A stretch of 21,615 nucleotides of DNA from Utricularia gibba (taxonomy: Eukaryota > Plantae > Magnoliophyta): contig NEEC01000231.1 of assembly GCA_002189035.1 (NCBI GenBank), positions 1-21,615 on the forward strand. The letters are read 5' to 3'. The notes beneath the pieces are model-generated. The model did no database searches, was not told the origin of the DNA, and was given only the letters and a program-made list of their open reading frames with translations. The translations under genes were made by a program, and so were the position numbers. Of the stretch, positions 1 through 8,072 are shown one piece after another; position 1 is the stretch's first letter, and every line of letters begins with the position of its first letter.

Positions 1-3000
1 CGATTTTCGTCGAATGGGATCGGATTGTGCTGTGAAGTCAGACCGAACCTTGGGTCCGGACGAAGTTCCCACAACAGCACCCGCAAAAAAACGACAACTT
101 TTCCTCGAAAAAAGCATGTAGGCAGCCCCGAAAACCCAACGTTAATAAATGCATCACTTTTTTGGCCGGGCTACAATGACTATGGGCCAGAGCGCGACTC
201 GACCATTTGCTCGATACTAGTGCCAGCCTAGAGCGCCTCCTCAAATATAAATCAGGTTGTTGAGAAAACCATTTGGGGTGCTCATGACATCCTAACTTCA
301 AAAAATGCATCACGATTTTCATCGAGTAGCACCCGATTGGGCTCAGGAGCCAGACCGAACCTTGGGCCCTTACAAAGCTGCCAACGACAGCACCCGCCTT
401 AAAATGGCAAGCTATTGCTTGAAAAACCATTCAGGCAGCCGCCGAAAACCCAACGTTGATAAATGCATCACTTATTTTCCGGGCTTCAACTGACTATGGG
501 CCATAGCCCGACCCGACCTCTGGCCCAATCCCGAAACCCCCAAGAGCGCCTTCTGAAATATAAAGTAGAGTGTTGAGAAAACCCATTGGGGTTCTCATGA
601 CATCCTAAATAAAGCAAATGCATTACGATTTCGTCGAGTACGACCCGATTGGGCTTAGTAGCCAGACCGAATCTCGGGCCCTGACAAAGCTCCCAACTAC
701 AGCACCCACCTTAAAACGGCAAGCTGTTGCTTGAAAAACCATTTAGGCAGCCGCCGAAAACCCAACGTTGATAAATGCATCACTTATTTTCCGGGCACAA
801 CTGACTATGGCCTGAGCCCGACCCGACCTGGCCCAATCCCGAAACCCTCCGAGGGCGCCTTCTCAAATATATAGCAGAGTGTTGAGAAAACCCATTGGGG
901 TTCTCATGACATCCTAACTACATCAAATGCGTTACGATTTTCGTCGAGTGCGACCCGATTGGGCTTAGTAGCCAGACCGAATCTCGGGCCGGACAAAGCT
1001 CCCAACGACAGCACCCGCCTTTAAATGGCAAGCTGTTGCTTGAAAAACCATGTGGGCAGCCGCCGACAACCCAACGTTAATAAATGCATCACTTCTTGCC
1101 GGGCTACAGCTGACTTTGGGCTCAAGACCGACCCGAATCCGGCCCGATCTCGGTGACCCACAAAAGCGCCTTGTCAAGTGTAAAGCATGCTGTTGAAAAA
1201 ACCATTTGGGGTGGTCATGAGATCCTAACTTCAATAAAGGTGTCACGATTTTCGTCGAATGGGATCGGATTGTGCTGTGAAGTCAGACCAAACCTTGGGT
1301 CCTCACAAAGTTCCCAACAACAGCACCCGCCAAAAAACGACAACTTTTCCTTCAAAAAGCATGTAGGCAGCCACCGAAACCCAACGTTAATAAATGCATC
1401 ACTTCTTTGGCCGGGCTACAAATGACTATGGGCCAGAGCGCGACTCGACCATTTGCTCGATACTGGTGCCAGCCTAGAGCGCCTCCTCAAATATAAATCA
1501 GGTTGTTGAGAAAACCATTTGGGGTGCTCATGACATCCTAACTTCAAAAATGCATCACGATTTTCATCGAGTAGCACCCGATTGGGCTCAGGAGCCAGAC
1601 CGAACCTTGGGCCCTTACAAAGCTGCCAACGACAGCACCCGCCTTAAAATGGCAAGCTATTGCTTGAAAAACCATTCAGGCAGCCGCCGAAAACCCAACG
1701 TTGATAAATGCATCACTTATTTTCCGGGCTACAACTGACTATGGGCCATAGCCCGACCCGACCTCTGGCCCAATCCCGAAACCCCCAAGAGCGCCTTCTG
1801 AAATATAAAGTAGAGTGTTGAGAAAACCCATTGGGGTTCTCATGACATCCTAACTAAAGCAAATGCATTACGATTTCGTCGAGTACGACCCGATTGGGCT
1901 TAGTAGCCAGACCGAATCTCGGGCCCTGACAAAGCTCCCAACTACAGCACCCACCTTAAAACGGCAAGCTGTTGCTTGAAAAACCATTTAGGCAGCCGCC
2001 GAAAACCCATCGTTGATAAATGCATCACTTATTTTCCGGGCTACAACTGACTATTGGCCTGAGCCCGACCCGACCTCTGGCCCAATCCCGAAACCCTCCG
2101 AGGGCGCCTTCTCAAATATATAGCAGAGTGTTGAGAAAACCCATTGGGGTTCTCATGACATCCTAACTACATCAAATGCGTTACGATTTTCGTCGAGTGC
2201 GACCCGATTGGGCTTAGTAGCCAGACCGAATCTCGGGCCGGACAAAGCTCCCAACGACAGCACCCGCCTTTAAATGGCAAGCTGTTGCTTGAAAAACCAT
2301 GTGGGCAGCCGCCGACAACCCAACGTTAATAAATGCATCACTTCTTTTGCCGGGCTACAGCTGACTTTGGGCTCAAGACCGACCCGAATCCGGCCCGATC
2401 TCGGTGACCCACAAAAGCGCCTTGTCAAGTGTAAAGCATGCTGTTGAAAAAACCATTTGGGGTGGTCATGAGATCCTAACTTCAATAAAGGTGTCACGAT
2501 TTTCGTCGAATGGGATCGGATTGTGCTGTGAAGTCAGACCGAACCTTGGGTCCGGACAAAGTTCCCAACAACAGCACCCGCCAAAAAACGACAACTTTTC
2601 CTCAAAAAGCATGTAGGCAGCCACCGAAAACCCAACGTTAATAAATGCATCACTTTTTGGCCGGGCTACAAATGACTATGGGCCAGAGCGCGACTCGACC
2701 ATTTGCTCGATACTAGTGCCAGCCTAGAGCGCCTCCTCAAATATAAATCAGGTTGTTGAGAAAACCATTTGGGGTGCTCATGACATCCTAACTTCAAAAA
2801 ATGCATCACGATTTTCATCGAGTAGCACCCGATTGGGCTCAGGAGCCAGACCGAACCTTGGGCCCTTACAAAGCTGCCAACGACAGCACCCGCCTTAAAA
2901 TGGCAAGCTATTGCTTGAAAAACCATTCAGGCAGCCGCCGAAAACCCAACGTTGATAAATGCATCACTTATTTTCCGGGCTACAACTGACTATGGGCCAT

Positions 3001-4944
3001 AGCCCGACCCGACCTCTGGCCCAATCCCGAAACCCCCAAGAGCGCCTTCTGAAATATAAAGTAGAGTGTTGAGAAAACCCATTGGGGTTCTCATGACATC
3101 CTAACTAAAGCAAATGCATTACGATTTCGTCGAGTACGACCCGATTGGGCTTAGTAGCCAGACCGAATCTCGGGCCCTGACAAAGCTCCCAACTACAGCA
3201 CCCACCTTAAAACGGCAAGCTGTTGCTTGAAAAACCATTTAGGCAGCCGCCGAAAACCCAACGTTGATAATGCATCACTTATTTTCCGGGCCACAACTGA
3301 CTATGGCCTGAGCCCGACCCGACCTCTGGCCCAATCCCGAAACCCTCCGAGGGCGCCTTCTCAAATATATAGCAGAGTGTTGAGAAAACCCATTGGGGTT
3401 CTCATGACATCCTAACTACATCAAATGCGTTACGATTTTCGTCGAGTGCGACCCGATTGGGCTTAGTAGCCAGACCGAATCTCGGGCCGGACAAAGCTCC
3501 CAACGACAGCACCCGCCTTTAAATGGCAAGCTGTTGCTTGAAAAACCATGTGGGCAGCCGCCGACAACCCAACGTTAATAAATGCATCACTTCTTTTGCC
3601 GGGCTACAGCTGACTTTGGGCTCAAGACCGACCCGAATCCGGCCCGATCTCGGTGACCCACAAAAGCGCCTTGTCAAGTGTAAAGCATGCTGTTGAAAAA
3701 ACCATTTGGGGTGGTCATGAGATCCTAACTTCAATAAAGGTGTCACGATTTTCGTCGAATGGGATCGGATTGTGCTGTAAGTCAGACCAAACCTTGGGTC
3801 ACAAAGTTCCGCAAAAAACGACAACTTTTCCTCAAAAAGCATGTAGGCAGCCGAAAACCCAACGTTAATAAATGCATCACTTTTTGGCCGGGCTACAAAT
3901 GACTATGGGCCAGAGCGCGACTCGACCATTTGCTCGATACTGGTGCCCGCCTAGAGCGCCTCCTCAAATATAAATCAGGTTGTTGAGAAAACCATTTGGG
4001 GTGCTCATGACATCCTAACTTCAGCAAATGCATCACGATTTTCATCGAGTAGCACCCGATTGGGCTCAGGAGCCAGACCGAACCTTGGGCCCTAACAAAG
4101 CTGCCAACGACAGCACTCGCCTTAAAACGGCAAGCTATTGCTTGAAAAACCATTTAGGCAGCCGCCGAAAACCCATCGTTGATAAATGCATCACTTATTT
4201 TCCGGGCTACAACTGACTATTGGCCTGAGCCCGACCCGACCTCTGGCCCAATCCCGAAACCCCCGAGAGCGCCTTCTCAAATATATAGCAGAGTGTTGAG
4301 AAAACCCATTGGGGTTCTCATGACATCCTAACTAAAGCAAATGCATTACGATTTCGTCGAGTACGACCCGATTGGGCTTAGTAGCCAGACCGAATCTCGG
4401 GCCCTGACAAAGCTCCCAACTACAGCACCCACCTTAAAACGGCAAGCTGTTGCTTGAAAAACCATTTAGGCAGCCGCCGAAAACCCATCGTTGATAAATG
4501 CATCACTTATTTTCCGGGCTACAACTGACTATTGGCCTGAGCCCGACCCGACCTCTGGCCCAATCCCGAAACCCTCCGAGGGCGCCTTCTCAAATATATA
4601 GCAGAGTGTTGAGAAAACCCATTGGGGTTCTCATGACATCCTAACTACATCAAATGCGTTACGATTTTCGTCGAGTGCGACCCGATTGGGCTTAGTAGCC
4701 AGACCGAATCTCGGGCCGGACAAAGCTCCCAACGACAGCACCCGCCTTTAAATGGCAAGCTGTTGCTTGAAAAACCATGTGGGCAGCCGCCGACAACCCA
4801 ACGTTAATAAATGCATCACTTCTTTTGCCGGGCTACAGCTGACTTTGGGCTCAAGCCCGACCCGAATCCGGCCCGATCTCGGTGACCCACAAAAGCGCCT
4901 TGTCAAGTGTAAAGCATGCTGTTGAAAAAACCATTTGGGGTGGT
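1..4944 (+). repeat. HOR block of 4-mers (A-B-C-D, ~1.25 kb; first A partial, last unit A-B'-C-D), with alternation suggesting two 8-mers
   Basis: A-class starts at 1216, 2467, 3716 and 4945 give periods of 1251, 1249 and 1229 bp. The artefactual MHHDFH ORF recurs at 305, 1550, 2801, 4028 and 5282 with the same period. Confidence 0.93.
1861..2173 (+). repeat. Example of the internal ~156-157-bp sub-repeat (two homologous halves per monomer)
   Basis: AAATGC(A/G)T(C/T)AC recurs at 1861, 2018 and 2174 (spacings 157 and 156). The halves also share agccagaccgaatctcgggcc / agcccgacccgacctctggcc (16/21 identical) and ttgagaaaacccattgggg / ttgaaaaaccatttagg. Confidence 0.85.
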
Positions 4945-6817
4945 CATGAGATCCTAACTTCAATAAAGGTGTCACGATTTTCGTCGAATGGGATCGGATT
5001 GTGCTGTGAAGTCAGACCGAACCTTGGGTCCGGACGAAGTTCCCAACAACAGCACCCGCAAAAAAACGACAACTTTTCCTCGAAAAAAGCATGTAGGCAG
5101 CCGCCGAAAACCCAACGTTAATAAATGCATCACTTTTTTGGCCGGGCTACAAATGACTATGGGCCAGAGCGCGACTCGACCATTTGCTCGATACTAGTGC
5201 CAGCCTAGAGCGCCTCCTCAAATATAAATCAGGTTGTTGAGAAAACCATTTGGGGTGCTCATGACATCCTAACTTCAAAAAATGCATCACGATTTTCATC
5301 GAGTAGCACCCGATTGGGCTCAGGAGCCAGACCGAACCTTGGGCCCTTACAAAGCTGCCAACGACAGCACCCGCCTTAAAATGGCAAGCTATTGCTTGAA
5401 AAACCATTCAGGCAGCCGCCGAAAACCCAACGTTGATAAATGCATCACTTATTTTCCGGGCTACAACTGACTATGGGCCATAGCCCGACCCGACCTCTGG
5501 CCCAATCCCGAAACCCCCAAGAGCGCCTTCTGAAATATAAAGTAGTGTTGAGAAAACCCATTGGGGTTCTCATGACATCCTAACTAAAGCAAATGCATTA
5601 CGATTTCGTCGAGTACGACCCGATTGGGCTTAGTAGCCAGACCGAATCTCGGGCCCTGACAAAGCTCCCAACTACAGCACCCACCTTAAAACGGCAAGCT
5701 GTTGCTTGAAAAACCATTTAGGCAGCCGCCGAAAACCCATCGTTGATAAATGCATCACTTATTTTCCGGGCTACAACTGACTATTGGCCTGAGCCCGACC
5801 CGACCTCTGGCCCAATCCCGAAACCCCCGAGAGCGCCTTCTCAAATATATAGCAGAGTGTTGAGAAAACCCATTGGGGTTCTCATGACATCCTAACTAAA
5901 GCAAATGCATTACGATTTCGTCGAGTACGACCCGATTGGGCTTAGTAGCCAGACCGAATCTCGGGCCCTGACAAAGCTCCCAACTACAGCACCCACCTTA
6001 AAACGGCAAGCTGTTGCTTGAAAAACCATTTAGGCAGCCGCCGAAAACCCACGTTGATAATGCATCACTTATTTTCCGGGCTACAACTGACTATTGGCCT
6101 GAGCCCGACCCGACCTCTGGCCCAATCCCGAAACCCCCCAAGAGCGCCTTCTGAAATATAAGAGTGTTGAGAAAACCCATTGGGGTTCTCATGACATCCT
6201 AACTACAGCAAATGCGTTACGATTTTCGTCGAGTGCGACCCGATTGGGCTTAGTAGCCAGACCGAATCTCGGGCCGGACAAAGCTCCCAACGACAGCACC
6301 CGCCTTTAAATGGCAAGCTGTTGCTTGAAAAACCATGTGGGCAGCCGCCGACAACCCAACGTTAATAAATGCATCACTTTTTTGGCCAGGCTACAAATGA
6401 CTATGGGCCAGAGCGCGACTCGACCATTTGCTCGATACTGGTGCCCGCCTAGAGCGCCTCCTCAAATATAAATCAGGTTGTTGAGAAAACCATTTGGGGT
6501 GCTCATGACATCCTAACTTCAGCAAATGCATCACGATTTTCATCGAGTAGCACCCGATTGGGCTCAGGAGCCAGACCGAACCTTGGGCCCTAACAAAGCT
6601 GCCAACGACAGCACTCGCCTTAAAACGGCAAGCTATTGCTTGAAAAACCATTTAGGCAGCCGCCGAAAACCCATCGTTGATAAATGCATCACTTATTTTC
6701 CGGGCTACAACTGACTATTGGCCTGAGCCCGACCCGACCTCTGGCCCAATCCCGAAACCCTCCGAGAGCGCCTTCTCAAATATATAGCAGAGTGTTGAGA
6801 AAACCCATTGGGGTTCT

Positions 6818-7130
6818 CATGACATCCTAACTAAAGCAAATGCATTACGATTTCGTCGAGTACGACCCGATTGGGCTTAGTAGCCAGACCGAATCTCGGG
6901 CCCTGACAAAGCTCCCAACTACAGCACCCACCTTAAAACGGCAAGCTGTTGCTTGAAAAACCATTTAGGCAGCCGCCGAAAACCCATCGTTGATAAATGC
7001 ATCACTTATTTTCCGGGCTACAACTGACTATTGGCCTGAGCCCGACCCGACCTCTGGCCCAATCCCGAAACCCTCCGAGGGCGCCTTCTCAAATATATAG
7101 CAGAGTGTTGAGAAAACCCATTGGGGTTCT
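6818..7130 (+). repeat. Representative class C monomer (313 bp; C2 subtype)
   Basis: Diagnostic strings: actaaagcaaatgcattacgatttcg, gagtacgac, ccctgac, actacagcacccacc, cccatcg, ctattgg, ccgagggcg. Confidence 0.92.
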
Positions 7131-7443
7131 CATGACATCCTAACTACATCAAATGCGTTACGATTTTCGTCGAGTGCGACCCGATTGGGCTTAGTAGCCA
7201 GACCGAATCTCGGGCCGGACAAAGCTCCCAACGACAGCACCCGCCTTTAAATGGCAAGCTGTTGCTTGAAAAACCATGTGGGCAGCCGCCGACAACCCAA
7301 CGTTAATAAATGCATCACTTCTTTTGCCGGGCTACAGCTGACTTTGGGCTCAAGACCGACCCGAATCCGGCCCGATCTCGGTGACCCACAAAAGCGCCTT
7401 GTCAAGTGTAAAGCATGCTGTTGAAAAAACCATTTGGGGTGGT
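7131..7443 (+). repeat. Representative class D monomer (313 bp)
   Basis: Diagnostic strings: actacatcaaatgcgttac, gagtgcgac, cctttaaatggc, catgtgggc, gccgacaac, tacagctgac (PvuII site), ttgtcaagtgtaaagcatgc (SphI site). Confidence 0.92.
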
Positions 7444-7758
7444 CATGAGATCCTAACTTCAATAAAGGTGTCACGATTTTCGTCGAATGGGATCGGATTG
7501 TGCTGTGAAGTCAGACCGAACCTTGGGTCCGGACGAAGTTCCCAACAACAGCACCCGCAAAAAAACGACAACTTTTCCTCGAAAAAAGCATGTAGGCAGC
7601 CGCCGAAAACCCAACGTTAATAAATGCATCACTTTTTTGGCCGGGCTACAAATGACTATGGGCCAGAGCACGACTCGACCATTTGCTCGATACTAGTGCC
7701 AGCCTAGAGCGCCTCCTCAAATATAAATCAGGTTGTTGAGAAAACCATTTGGGGTGCT
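7444..7758 (+). repeat. Representative class A monomer (315 bp, most divergent class)
   Basis: Diagnostic strings: catgagatcc, aataaaggtgtcacg, gaatgggatcggattgtgctgtgaagtc, cgcaaaaaaacgacaacttttcctcg, gatactagtgcc (SpeI site ACTAGT). Confidence 0.92.
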
Positions 7759-8072
7759 CATGACATCCTAACTTCAAAAAATGCATCACGATTTTCATCG
7801 AGTAGCACCCGATTGGGCTCAGGAGCCAGACCGAACCTTGGGCCCTTACAAAGCTGCCAACGACAGCACCCGCCTTAAAATGGCAAGCTATTGCTTGAAA
7901 AACCATTCAGGCAGCCGCCGAAAACCCAACGTTGATAAATGCATCACTTATTTTCCGGGCTTCAACTAACTATGGGCCATAGCCCGACCCGACCTCTGGC
8001 CCAATCCCGAAACCCCCCAAGAGCGCCTTCTGAAATATAAAGTAGAGTGTTGAGAAAACCCATTGGGGTTCT
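7759..8072 (+). repeat. Representative class B monomer (314 bp)
   Basis: Diagnostic strings: acttcaaaaaatgc, gagtagcacccg, ctcaggagcc, cccttacaaagctgcc, cattcaggc, ggccatagcc. Confidence 0.92.

Larger units (their letters stand above)
4945..7443 (+). repeat. 8-monomer HOR variant A-B-C-C-D'-B'-C-D (2499 bp)
   Basis: Monomer starts at 4945 A, 5260 B, 5571 C, 5883 C, 6190 D', 6504 B', 6818 C, 7131 D, classed by the diagnostic heads gagatcctaacttcaat (A), acttcaaaaaatgc (B), actaaagc (C), actacagc (D'), acttcagc (B') and actacatc (D). Confidence 0.9.

Noticed and set aside
305-493. Recurring short ORFs (MHHDFH..., MVFQAIAC..., MTHKSAL..., MTPLLKL..., MGSDCAV...) on both strands
   Set aside because: They are 61-130 aa translations of satellite monomers with no recognisable domain. 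They overlap each other in opposite frames and are opened or broken by 1-bp indels between copies.
2078-2100. Telomere-like cccaatcccgaaaccc (resembles degenerate CCCTAAA)
   Set aside because: About two degenerate units with no exact telomeric repeat. This is expected in A/C-skewed sequence.
2111-2130. TATA-like or plant Pol I start-like aaatatatagcag / aaatataaag (rDNA spacer sub-repeat idea)
   Set aside because: It lacks the G-run that follows TATATA in plant rRNA start sites, no rRNA sequence is nearby, and the motif varies freely between classes.
4251-4270. CENP-B-box-like string tcccgaaacccccgaga on the reverse strand
   Set aside because: It matches only 7 of the 9 core positions (CCCG..T....CGAA), and only in rare variants. 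Most monomers are out of register, so chance is likely.
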